Assembly (NCBI GenBank): GCA_963825865.1
Contig: CAWGVG010000003.1
Location: 128,001 to 192,000 of the forward strand
Direction: 5' to 3'
Length of the DNA stretch: 64,000 bases
Source of the DNA: an uncultured Nitrososphaeraceae archaeon
GTDB taxonomy: Archaea > Thermoproteota > Nitrososphaeria > Nitrososphaerales > Nitrososphaeraceae
The position numbers were made by a program, and so were the translations under genes. The first letter of the stretch is position 1. Each line of letters opens with the position of its first letter. Below are positions 46,431-57,622 of this stretch, in pieces. The notes under the pieces were generated by a model. That model did not search any database. It worked only from the letters and a program-made list of their open reading frames with translations, and was not told the origin of the DNA.

Positions 46431-47966
46431 CTAGACTGGTATATTGCCGTGCTTTCTCTTAGGCCTCTCTTCTCTTTTCCTGTATATGGACTTGAGCGCA
46501 GAAATCAGTCTTTCTCTTGTTTCCTTAGGTTCAATGACATCGTCTATGTAGCCTTTTGAAGCTGCAATATAAGGGTTGGAGAATTTCGTTTTATAATTTT
46601 CTACTAATTCAGTTCTTTTCTTTTCAGGATTCTTGGATGCTAATATTTCCTTCCTGAATATTATATTACATGCTCCTTGAGGTCCCATCACAGCGATTTC
46701 GGCGTTAGGCCAAGCAAAATTATAGTCTGCCCCTATATGCTTGCTATTCATAACGTCATAGGCCCCACCATAGGCCTTTCTTGTTATGACAGTAAGCCTT
46801 GGTACGGTAGCTTCTGAGAAGGCATAGAGGAGTTTTGCTCCATGCCTTATTATGCCTCCCCATTCTTGATTGGTACCAGGAAGGAATCCAGGTACGTCAA
46901 CTAATGCGATTAGTGGAATGTTGAAGCAATCGCAGAACCTAGTGAAACGAGCAGCCTTATCGCAGGAATCGATATCTAAAACTCCTGCGAGAACTGCCGG
47001 GTTATTTGCTACAATGCCTACTGAATTACCATCGAGTCTTGCAAATCCCACTATTATATTGCATCCCCAGTACTTCTGAACTTCTAGGAAATCCTCATTG
47101 TCGATAATTTTCCTGATTATCACTCCCATGTCATACGACATATTAGGATTCGAAGGAAGAATTGAGTTGAGCTCTTGAGGCTGCCTTCTGGGATTATCTT
47201 TTGGAGTTATGCGAGGCGGGTTCTCGAGATTATTGAAAGGAATGAACGAAAGAATCTTTCTGAGGACGCTAAAACATTGCTGTTCGTCCTCTACAATGAA
47301 GTGTGCTACGCCGCTTTTTTGGTTGTGGATCCAAGCTCCTCCCAGTTCATCAAAGCTCACATTTTCATTGGTAACCTCTCTTACGACATCAGGACCGGTG
47401 ACAAACATATGTGATGATTTGGTCATGATGATAAAATCTGTTATCGCAGGAGAATAAACAGCTCCGCCTGCACAAGGACCCATGATAAGAGATATCTGAG
47501 GGACAACTCCTGAGGCTTTCACATTCCTGTGAAAAATCTCAGCGTACCCAGCCAGACTAGCTACGCCTTCCTGAATGCGTGCTCCGCCTGAATCATTTAC
47601 GCCTATTATTGGCGCTCCTTGTTTTAACGCAAGATCCATCACTTTGCATATTTTGGAAGCAAATGCCCAGCCTAGAGAACCACCTATGACTGTGAAGTCG
47701 TCTGAAAAAGCAAAAGCCAGGCGGCCGTCAATTGTTCCATATCCTGCTACCACACCATCTCCAAGAACCTTTTTCTTTTCCATTCCAAAGTCATAGCATT
47801 CATGGGTCACAAAAGGATCAAGTTCTACAAACGTTTCGGAGTCAAAGAGTGCGTTCATCCTTTCAAATGCCGTCAGCTTTCCATTCTTTCTGTACTCCTC
47901 CTGTTTCTCCTTCCCTCCTCCTAGTAGATGCTGCTTCCGTTTTTCCTGCAGCTCTGAAAAGTCCAT
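46431..47966 (-). CDS. pccB: Acyl-CoA (propionyl/acetyl-CoA) carboxylase carboxyltransferase subunit
   Basis: DSGGARIQEG, GPCAGGAVYSPA, DVPGFLPG, RKAYGGAY and KHGNIP. Confidence 0.94.
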   Translation of the reverse strand: MDFSELQEKRKQHLLGGGKEKQEEYRKNGKLTAFERMNALFDSETFVELDPFVTHECYDFGMEKKKVLGDGVVAGYGTIDGRLAFAFSDDFTVIGGSLGWAFASKICKVMDLALKQGAPIIGVNDSGGARIQEGVASLAGYAEIFHRNVKASGVVPQISLIMGPCAGGAVYSPAITDFIIMTKSSHMFVTGPDVVREVTNENVSFDELGGAWIHNQKSGVAHFIVEDEQQCFSVLRKILSFIPFNNLENPPRITPKDNPRRQPQELNSILPSNPNMSYDMGVIIRKIIDNEDFLEVQKYWGCNIIVGFARLDGNSVGIVANNPAVLAGVLDIDSCDKAARFTRFCDCFNIPLIALVDVPGFLPGTNQEWGGIIRHGAKLLYAFSEATVPRLTVITRKAYGGAYDVMNSKHIGADYNFAWPNAEIAVMGPQGACNIIFRKEILASKNPEKKRTELVENYKTKFSNPYIAASKGYIDDVIEPKETRERLISALKSIYRKREERPKRKHGNIPV

Positions 47967-48454
47967 AACTCCAGAATAATATAAGGAAGCTTTAAAAACA
48001 TTTTACAGCACTTTGATTCATTCAACCTGTTATGTAGGCAAATCCGCAAATTTTATTAAATGATCCGTGGTACACAGTTTAATAATTATGCATTCAAAGA
48101 TCAACCACCTGTTAGCCGCAGCTTCTGTAAAGCAGATGGTACTGCAGACAAACGGCTCAGAGAGTATTGGATCTTGAACAACGACAAACTTTTTATGATA
48201 ATATTTGATCGTCATAACGTCATGATTTCGCAGAAGTCAGCGGTAGCAAAGTAGGAGAGATAATGCAGAAATACGTCAAAGTTAAATTTGCCATCCATGT
48301 GCTCTACAAGTTCAGCCAAATATGCTCTACAAGAAAAAGATATTTCGGTGAGTTTTCAGAAGGGCTTTAACTTAAGCTATTTGGATGGGGTAAGTCTAAT
48401 TATTAGTAATGGTATTTATGAAGGAGAAGATATACCACTAAATCATATCACTAA

Positions 48455-50109
48455 ATGTTTTCCAAGATTGTTGATATTGCGACCCCTCAGCTTGATATAA
48501 AAGATAACAGCATCATTGCAATTTCAGGCTTCAACATGGCCACAACTCCTGAATACTTAATCCTTGAATTATACAGGCGGTATAATGAACAAGGACATCC
48601 CAAGAATATATTTATAATCTCTGATGCTCTGCCTGCCGTACCCTGGAAGGGGGTTAGACCAAATCGCAGAAAGCTTATACAAACACCCAAATCAAGAATT
48701 TCTCAGAGGAGCTTTGATGCCCTTCTTGGGCTTTTCACCATGGCTTCAGAAGCTGGTGACAGATAACAGGATTGAATGTTACGGATGGCCTATAGGCATT
48801 ACTGCATATTGGTTCAGAGAGATAGGATCAGGAAGACCAGGTCTTTTAACAAAAATAGGTGTAGATACTTTTCTTGACCCAAGAAAAGAAGGTGCCGCAT
48901 TAAATGAACGTGCAAAGAGGAATGCTTCATGTAGAGTCAGTGTATTTGATATTGAAGGAGTAGATTATCTTTTATACCAAGCTCCAAAACCAAATTATGC
49001 TTTGATTAGAGCTTCTATATCTGACGAGAATGCTAACCTTTCAATGGAGGATGAGGGTTTGAGAGGAACTGTTCTTAGCATCGCCCAAGCCACAAAAGCA
49101 AGACCGCACCAGGGTACCGTTATCGCGCAGGTAAGATGGATAACAAAGTCCGGTACAATGAATCCAAGAGAGGTGGATGTTCCGGGTCCATTAGTAAATT
49201 ATGTCATAGTTGCTCCAAAAGAGTATCATTGGCAGAGTGGTACTATCGAATACGATCCTAGGATCTCATATAAGATAATGCCGCCTATGACAGAGAAGCT
49301 GTTAGAAGATTTCCTGCTCTCTAAAACACCATTGAAACAACATGAAAAAGTAATAGCCAGAAGAATTCTATTGGAGTTGATCAGGCTATTCGCAAATAAG
49401 CGAGCCCCTGTGTTAGTTAACCTAGGAATAGGAATTCCGGCTTTGATCTCATTAGTTGCGAGCTGAAGAGGACCTGACACAGTTCATCATAACGGTGCTC
49501 GAATCTGGTCCCTGGGGAGGACTTGCTCTGTCAGGAAATGACTTTGGTTTAGCGATAAGCCCTTTTGCCCTCTCGACTATACCCGACGTATTTTCTAGTT
49601 TCGAGGGAGGAATAATCGATGCTGCGTCTCTTGGCTTTCTACAAGTTGACAAAAAAGGAAATGTGAATCCGTCTATGTTACCTGATAAGATCTTCGGACC
49701 AGGCGGATTCCCAGTGATAGCTGGAGGGGCACCCAGAATTTACTTTGCAGGCTCATTCACTGCGGGAAAAAGTGAGATTAGTATCTCAGACAATAGGATT
49801 ACAATTTTACACGATGGGGCAATACCAAAGTTCATTGAAAGCGTCTTTAAAGTCGTATTTAGCGGATACCAAGCGCTAAAGTATGAACAAGAGATTCTCT
49901 ATATTACTGAAAGGGCAGTTTTTAGACTTACTGGGAGTGGAATAATTCTCGAAGAGGTTGCTCCTGGGATTGACCTAGACAAAGACATAACATCTAAGAT
50001 GGGTTTTAAGCCTATTATTGTAGAATCGCTAAAGGAGATGGACAAAAGAATATTTAATGATGGGAAAATGGGTATTAAAGATGAGATTATGCAGAAATTT
50101 AAGATGTAA
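48455..50109 (+). CDS. Acyl-CoA:acetate/propionate CoA-transferase, YdiF/Pct-like fused family I (frameshifts near 48642 and 49460)
   Basis: GRPGLLTKIGVDTFLDPR, VNLGIGIP, catalytic ESG, GPGGF and YITERAVF...EVAPGID. Confidence 0.88.
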
Positions 50110-50183
50110 CTGTCATTAAGACATTTATCCTTATTACATATCCAGGTTATGTCCAATTAGAAATACAAATGATGATAAATAAG

Positions 50184-50396
50184 TTAACTCACCGTAAGCA
50201 ATGAATCCATTTTGCTAGCCCTTTGGCCACAATTTCTCACCACCAGGTCTTTTAAGGCAATCTTTTTTCTTGCTGGATAAATGTCGCTTACTGCTATTGC
50301 TGAGTCTGTAGCAACCAGATCATCTTTTTCAACGTCTATCACCAATATGGGAACAGTTATACTTCTTAGGACTATGTAGTTATTATCAACTTTCAT
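50184..50396 (-). pseudogene. Possible C-terminal remnant of a PhaC-like alpha/beta hydrolase
   Basis: LRSITVPILVIDVEKDDLV and an off-frame KLWPK..KWI resemble the class III PHA synthase C-terminus. Confidence 0.35.
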
Positions 50397-50464
50397 TTTG
50401 TTTCCTAATTGTTTATGATCTGACGATGCAGATTTCTAGGAACATACACTTCAGTTGACTTTGG

Positions 50465-50545
50465 ATTTCCAAGGTAAGAGTTTTAGGAAGTGTTTCTCGT
50501 GCAGTATCTGAAAATGCAAATTGCCCAGTGATGCTTGTTCATTAA
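50465..50545 (+). pseudogene. Universal stress protein C-terminal remnant
   Basis: Own translation: ISKVRVLGSVSRAVSENANCPVMLVH. Confidence 0.6.
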
Positions 50546-50735
50546 CTAAACAATATTTTCGTAGACTTAAATAAATTAAAAATATAAAGAATTAATAGTA
50601 AATAGTAAATTATTTTTGTAAATAAGTCAGAGCTAGCCATATTGAGATCCATTTATGATAATGATAATAATAATAGCCTCTTGAACAAGGAAAGTCTTAG
50701 GATTTTCTCTGAATTTACTGAGATTTTGACAAGAA

Positions 50736-51302
50736 ATGTACCCTGAATCTATGCCAGCATTACTCATAATATTGGCTGTAGCTTTGGCTAGAACGAGAAA
50801 AAATACTCAACTAATGAATTGGGATGAAATGGTAAATGCCGTTGATTGGAATATTGTAATATTGTTTGGTGGTGGTTTGGTACTTGGACTGGGAATAGAA
50901 AGCAGTGGCCTTGCAGCTTGGATGGGTGATCAGATATCTGCTAACTTTGGAACAACTGGATTGTTGAGTAATTCCAGTGCAATATTTGCTATAAGTGCAA
51001 TTATGGGCTTTGCTATGTCTTATTCTGCGTCTAATACTGCTTCAGCGGTGATCACATGTCCTCTAGCGGCTACACTTGCAATGGGCGCAGGATTAAACCC
51101 TATTCCACCTATAATCGCTGGAGCTTTGGCCTCTTCAATTTCAAGCTCAATTCCTTCCACTACTCCACCAATGGCAATTATTTATTCCTCAAGGGTTGTT
51201 CGCATATCAAGTATGTTTAAGACAGGTATGGTATCTGATTTGATCAGACTTGCAATATTGATTATTATTGGACCAATACTGATAGGCTTGGTATACAAGT
51301 AG
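50736..51302 (+). pseudogene. C-terminal half of a DASS/SLC13 anion (dicarboxylate/sulfate) transporter
   Basis: VDWNIVILFGGGLVLG, ASNTAS and STTPPMAIIY; N-terminal half absent. Confidence 0.78.
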
Positions 51303-51606
51303 AATTACATAGGAAGCAGAAGAATGGTTTAATAACATTAAAGAGCAAACAAATGAATCGATTCAACTACGCTAAATGGTTATCCTTCACATACTTTATT
51401 TTTGATATATTGTAATCGTGTCTTGATTGTTAGATAGCTTGCATAATCACGATTGCATACAATGATAGCATACTTAGAGCATTTCTTCTTTCTGTAAAGA
51501 CCACTCATAGATAAAATAAAAGAACATCGAGTTATATCCTTATCTGTTAAATAAAAACATCATGTCTATATTTTTGGGATAGGCTCTTAGAAACTTTCCA
51601 ATCCAT

Positions 51607-52017
51607 CTATGTTGTAATGGGAATTTTTTTATCTATTGTGACAAACCTCTCATTTAGCTTTTCTCTTAATATGTCTTGTCTGGAAACTACCCCAATAAGT
51701 CTGCCATCATCTTCTACAACAGGTAACATATCAATTCTCTTTCTGTACATAATATCAATCATTTCATCTATAGTGGTGTCTTGATAGAGCTGCGCCCAGA
51801 GTCATTAGATCTTTTGCAGATATGTTGTCAAGATTCTTATCATCCTTTATTGCTTTCAAGAGATCAATAGTAGTAATAACGCCTGTTACTTTGCCCTGAT
51901 TATCAATTATCGGAAGACCATTAAATGTGCCGAGAACTATCCTTGTAGCAATTTCAATAGCAGTTGCATTTTCTTTAGTGCTACTATATTTACTGACATT
52001 ACATCATATGCATTCAT
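51607..52017 (-). pseudogene. CBS-pair protein with indels
   Basis: Own translation: FNGLPIIDNQGKVTGVITTIDLL...IDMLPVVEDDGRLIGVVSRQDIL. Confidence 0.72.
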
Positions 52018-52292
52018 ACCGATGACCCACTGCTTAATTCAATTTGCTTCACATTCTTATTAAAACTTTAACGATAGCGCACAGAATAGTTTTTGCTTTA
52101 TTTATCCAATCTTATCCTTTAATGGCACGGCAGTTAGATGCCCAAATTATATCATCAGTCCAAGGTACATTTTAATCTGTAAGTGGGATAATGAATCGAA
52201 TTAAAATAAATCCTAAGAGTAGTAATTCCTGAAATGCCCCCATCTGGTTTCTTTACCAACAGTCTTCTTACATACCTGTTTCTCATATACAA

Positions 52293-52309
52293 TGCATGGC
52301 ACTGTATTC
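52293..52309 (+). promoter_or_regulatory. Recurring 17-bp motif TGCATGGCACTGTATTC
   Basis: Followed after 4 nt by TATTAAAA; matches 25856-25872 and 55555-55571. Confidence 0.5.
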
Positions 52310-52329
52310 TAGCTATTAAAATGTGGCTA

Positions 52330-53195
52330 ACATTATTTTCTAGAATATTATTATGTTACGAGAATCATTAATAAAAAATTTATAAGTTATGCAAAGATAA
52401 TTCCAGAGAGAGCAGAAAAACTGCTCTACGGCAGAGGATCGCCAGTAACGAACTTTACTGCCAAAGCAGGAAATATTGATATACAAAAGAAGTTTGATGG
52501 AGCCCTTCCTACAACAATATATCAAGCAGGCTTTTCTGAGGTATACGGTCAAAATCCGGACATTGATTCTACAGCATTGATAATTTCCACAACGTCTTGG
52601 ATTTTGGATAGATCCCTCAAAAATCAGGAGAATGAACAGAAACAACAGCGAAGAGGTTCTTTGTCTGGAGGTTCATCCGCATCACTCTCGTCTTCAGTCA
52701 TGGCACCAGAACAGTCATCAGATTATGTTTCTGCACTATTGTCAAAAGATGCTATAACGGATCAAGTTAGAGTTGCTGAGTTCGCCGTTCCTAGAATGCT
52801 CAAAGCTATAAGAGTACCTGAACAGCCGTGATCTTGATAATGATGGCATATTACAACAAAACTATAATGAAGACTGGATGGATACGGCGTTAAGAGCAAG
52901 TAAAATAGTTTACAGCCAAGCTTGCTGCATACTTGCTTTAAATGATCTTTCTTGTCTACTTTCAAAGCTTGGAAGGGATAAAGAAGCTGATAGAATGATC
53001 GATTTTATGGATAAAGCAATACATGGAGTCGAACAAAAATTATGGTCTGAGGAAGGTGGATGCTATATTGATTTGCAGTACTCAGAAAGTGCAGAAGGTA
53101 AACCATATAGACTATTAACTCAAGATGTATCACTCTACTTAATTGCGGTTTCACAGAATACAACCAATGATAGCCTACTAAGTGGTTGTATTTGA
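52330..53195 (+). pseudogene. Glycogen-debranching-like (alpha/alpha barrel) glycoside hydrolase remnant
   Basis: GALPTTIY...EVYGQNPDIDSTAL...NEDWMDTALRASKIVYSQAC...KLWSEEGGCY, with stops and deletions. Confidence 0.55.
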
Positions 53196-53196
53196 A

Positions 53197-53541
53197 ATGA
53201 AGCGATTAGACATAATAATTTCTCATGAGCACATAGCAGAAGTTAACGATACTCTTCACAGAAATAAAGTCGGCGGTATGACATTTTACGATATCAAAGG
53301 TAGGGGTCATTCAAAATATGAGCCAGTAGACGTTGGCAGAGGTATAAGGAGATATGTACCAGAATTTGGTTCTTGGACAAAGATTGAGGTAATTGTAGCT
53401 AATTCACAAGCAAAGAAGGTTGTTGGTTATATATTACATGTTGTAGGCACACATTCAGCTTCTGACGGCAAGATATTTGTCTACAATGTAGAAGAAGCTT
53501 ATGATTTACGGACAAAGAAAACCGCTGATAGAGCACTATAG
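53197..53541 (+). CDS. glnB: P-II family signal transduction protein
   Basis: MKRLDIII...GGMTFYDIKGRG...KIEVIV...DGKIFVYNVEEAYDLRT. Confidence 0.88.
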   Translation: MKRLDIIISHEHIAEVNDTLHRNKVGGMTFYDIKGRGHSKYEPVDVGRGIRRYVPEFGSWTKIEVIVANSQAKKVVGYILHVVGTHSASDGKIFVYNVEEAYDLRTKKTADRAL

Positions 53542-53841
53542 TGTTCATTTAAGAACATTGGGAAGGCATTATTTTTGTGATGTAAACTTCGAGCAGTCCA
53601 ATTAACAGTGCCGTTCAAATAGCACGATGGATCATCTTTTTGTCTGATAAGGCATTAAATAAATAAGATAGGTCGTGATAAGATCCTACATTCAAAAATA
53701 TTCTTGTTTTTTCATTCTATTTTTCACAAATTGCTTCGACAATTGATTTAGTAATTTAACTTTGAAATTGTAATGTATCATGATTTCATAAAAACATGGA
53801 GTACAAGTCAAGAACTAACTATTCCAAACTTGCTGCCTTAT

Positions 53842-54774
53842 TCAGGCTCGTTTAAAATATGTTCGTACAAATATGTCTAACATGGCAACTGCAAGACAGC
53901 ACACCTTATCTCCACCGCCATAGTATACATATAATTTATCATCAATAATACATGTACCGGTTGGGAAAACCACATTTTTGACATCGCCCTCCTTTTCGTA
54001 TGGCTCCTCAGGTTCTAAAATAGGCTTTTTAGTCCTGACTATTATTTTAACTGGATTGTCTAGATCAAGAAGTGCAGCGCCAGCTCTGTAAATTAAATCT
54101 CTATCTACACCATGATAAATTAAAAGCCAGCCGTGCCTAGTTTTTATCGGAGGAGGACCGGATCCGATTTTTAACTCTTCCCACTGTTGTTCTGGTTTTA
54201 GAAGGAGCGTGTGGTTTTCAAACTTTGAGAGAGACTTACCTTCGCCGATCCAAATACTCGGCTTATCGATGCCGATTCTTTGTCCAATCCAAGTTCTTGG
54301 CCTGTGTAAAAAAAAGTATTTTCCATTTATCCTTTCAGGAAAAATGACAACATCCTTATTATCTGACCCTTTGCTAGTAATGATTCCTAGTCGTGCATAG
54401 TTATCAAAATCAACAGTTGCAGCTAAAGCAGTTAACCCTACAGGTTGCTTTGATACATAGTCAGAAAGGACAACATAAGTAAAATATATCTGATTATCAA
54501 CCATTACTAGCCGGGGATTTTCTATTCCATATTTTTCATACTCTTGAGTGGATTCAAATGCAATTTGTTTTTTTCTCTCGAAGTTAAGACCATCAGTACT
54601 ATATGCATATCCTAATCTTGAAATGTATTGTTCATACTCTCCTATTGCCCTATAGAGCATGTGGATTTTATTTCCATCATATAGAACTGCAGGATTAAAG
54701 ACTGCTTTTGATTCCCACCAATTATCTTTATTCGGTAACAGTATTGGATTTTTCTTGTACCTTTCTAGAATCAC
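53842..54774 (-). CDS. GH130-like glycosidase / mannoside phosphorylase
   Basis: VFNPA, YGIENPR, NKDVVIFPE, WLLIYHGV, NVVFPTG and YYGGGD. Confidence 0.88.
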   Translation of the reverse strand: MILERYKKNPILLPNKDNWWESKAVFNPAVLYDGNKIHMLYRAIGEYEQYISRLGYAYSTDGLNFERKKQIAFESTQEYEKYGIENPRLVMVDNQIYFTYVVLSDYVSKQPVGLTALAATVDFDNYARLGIITSKGSDNKDVVIFPERINGKYFFLHRPRTWIGQRIGIDKPSIWIGEGKSLSKFENHTLLLKPEQQWEELKIGSGPPPIKTRHGWLLIYHGVDRDLIYRAGAALLDLDNPVKIIVRTKKPILEPEEPYEKEGDVKNVVFPTGTCIIDDKLYVYYGGGDKVCCLAVAMLDIFVRTYFKRA

Positions 54775-55224
54775 TTTTTGCTCTTTATGACCGCTTTATA
54801 TTCGAGACTCAATATTTAGACTTAGTTCTATGACGAGTTACTGGACTGGTTCTGTACTTAACTTAACTTTTCCATTTTTATTCTCTGAACGTATTTCCGA
54901 ATTTAACAAACCTAATCCATAGGTATTATCATTGGCATGCACAGTCAATCTACTAAAAATATGAAGGAATAAACGAAGCTCGCAAAGTCAAATAGTTCTT
55001 TGTTATTGCCACAATTCCATTTGCCTTTGTATAATTTCTTATTCAGAGGCAAGAGATTAAATGCAAATCCTTTCAATAAACGTGTAGACGAATATATTGA
55101 TGCTTTTCGATTTGATAGTATATGTTCTAGATATATGTTCTAACATGCAGATAACAACCGTTGCGTACTCTTATTGACAATACATTCCACATTATTATTA
55201 TTATTATTATTTTACTGACTGCAT

Positions 55225-55430
55225 TAACTAGCAAGGAATGCCTTTGTGATATCGGTCTTCGTAACTATTCCAACTAGCTTATCAATTGAATTTACAACAG
55301 GCAGGCCGCTTATCCTATTGTTTGTCATTATTTGTGCAGCATTAGTCAAGTCAGTGTCTCTTGCAACTGTTATTGGGTTATGTTTCATTATCTCCCTTGC
55401 CAAAAATATATTCTTTAAAGTTAACCTCTT
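55225..55430 (-). pseudogene. CBS-domain remnant paralogous to the C-termini of 27942..28869 and 59816..60707
   Basis: Own translation: IMKHNPITVARDTDLTNAAQIMTNNRISGLPVVNSIDKLVGIVTKTDI. Confidence 0.65.
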
Positions 55431-55554
55431 TAATATTTATCTCTTCGACCCTTGTGTTGAGGCTCTGATAAAGGAAGATAAAAAGCACTTTATATATATA
55501 TATCTCATGACAATTTGTGTAATATTATTAAGCTAAAAATTAATTCTCATGCAA

Positions 55555-55571
55555 TGCATGACACTGTATTC
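55555..55571 (+). promoter_or_regulatory. Recurring 17-bp motif TGCATGACACTGTATTC upstream of adh
   Basis: Ends 45 nt before ATG 55616; matches the two other copies. Confidence 0.5.
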
Positions 55572-55615
55572 CACGTACTAAAATATCACTAAATATTATT
55601 TACTAGAGTATTACC

Positions 55616-56744
55616 ATGGGACAAGAGAGATATATCTATGACCGCAACAACAAGGATCAGGAAAAGAATGCTACTACTATTCTTTCTGCAAGGATTCACG
55701 AATACCAAAGACCGCTATCTATAGATGATATTCCAAAACCGAGAATATCTACAGGGGAGCAAGTTTTAGTTAAAGTAGCAGCCGCAGGCCTATGTCACAG
55801 CGATTTACATCTGATAAATGGTCAGTGGAAGGATATTATTCCAATACAATTACCAATTACGCCAGGACATGAAGTAGCAGGTTGGATTGAAGAACTAGGA
55901 AATTCTGTTCCTAAAGGAGTTTTAGATATAGGTGATCTAGTAGCTGTATTTGGAGGATGGGGATGTGGAATTTGCTTTTATTGTAAAAACGGCGATGAGC
56001 AATTATGCATAAATCCAAAATGGCCTGGACTATCTTCGTGGAATGATGGAGGGTTTTCACAGTATATCATAGTACCATCATACAGGTTTTTGATAACTGT
56101 GAATACATATCAAAAATATGGCATAAAGCCTGAGGAGCTGGCACCTTTGACTGATGCTGGATTAACACCATATAGAGCAATAAAAAAAATCAGGCATTTG
56201 TTAGTACCAGGAACGAATATAGCGATAATAGGAGTAGGAGGACTTGGGTCTTATGCGTGTACAATATGCAAAAATATTTGGTGCAGGTTCAAACGTAATA
56301 GCAATTGATGTTGATGATAGAAAGTTGGAGTTGGCAGAAAGGTTTGGAGCAGATCATGTGATAAATTCAAAGATGCAACAGGACATAAAAAAAGAAGTAT
56401 TACAAAAGACTGGTGGCAATGGACTTGATGTTGTTGTTGACTGTGTTGGTTCAGAAGAGACAATAAGAAATTCTGTGGCAACGTTAAGTAAGGGCGGAGT
56501 ATTGGTAATGGTTGGTCTATTCGGAGGACAGATAAATATGCCTTTGATTTCAGCTGTAATAAATGAATATCAAGTCATTTGTTCACTTTGGGGAAATTAT
56601 AATGAGCTACGTGAAGTTATAGAATTGGCAAAAGATCAAAAGATAAAACACAGAATACATAGCTTTCCATTTACAGAAATAAATAAAGCAATAGATTTAC
56701 TTAGAGTAGGTAATATAGAAGGTAGGGCAGTAATTGTTCCATAG
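55616..56744 (+). CDS. adh: Zinc-dependent alcohol dehydrogenase (frameshift near 56257)
   Basis: GLCHSDLH, GHE, CGICFYC...C, LTDAGLTPY, GVGGLG and GRAVIVP. Confidence 0.92.
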
Positions 56745-56835
56745 CAACAGATTTGTATTTCTTTTTCATCTCTTTTCCATTTCTAGCTATATACGCCAAT
56801 GATACTGAAATAATAAAATATAGCAGGTATTAAAT

Positions 56836-57319
56836 ATGAAACGAAAATTTTCAAAAATATTAGTGGCTATGGATGGCTCGGAATCATCTAAGGATGCAGC
56901 ACGATATGCTACTATGATGGCAAAGAAAAATAATTCAGAGTTAATTGCTATTCACATTTTAACTCCCGATGGTTATGCATACTTGTTTGATATACCACCA
57001 TCTGATGCTGGGTCATTAGAAGAGCTCATGAACATATCTAGGCATGTAGTTATGAATTGGATAGATGAAATCAAAGAAGAAGAAGAACAAACTAACAATG
57101 ATGGTAACAAAAATATGGACAAAATACAATTGAAAACAGAAGTAATCCGGGCAACTAAACCTATAGTAGGTGAGATAGTAGATTATGCTGAACGTGAAAA
57201 CATAGATTTTATCGTTATTAGGTACTAGAGGAAGAACAGGTCTTAAAAAGATGCTGCTTGGAAGTGTTGCTTCAGGAGTCGTTACCTATGCAACATGTCC
57301 TGTATTGGTAGTAAAGTGA
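56836..57319 (+). CDS. uspA: Universal stress protein (frameshift near 57218)
   Basis: KILVAMDGSES...GTRGRTGLKKMLLGSVASGVVTYATCPVLVVK. Confidence 0.9.
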
Positions 57320-57622
57320 ATTGGATAACGGCTTAATGGTTGTTGTTTCTTCGCGTCTAATGATAACAAATGAATCAAGGCGAGATTTTCATATATAGTA
57401 TTCCAATATCTTTTCAATATTGTCCTTTTCCTATGAACTTGTGCCTCTAAATGTTTATTGTTGAAATATTAAAGAGGTTATAAAGAATTTTTTACAAAAA
57501 GACAAAAGTTATATCGATAGTAATATTACTAACAATATATTATCCATTTACAATCACTCTCTCTAAAATTAAGTAAAATTGTACTATTTGCAAGAAGTTA
57601 TCCTATACCAGTTTTTGCAGTT

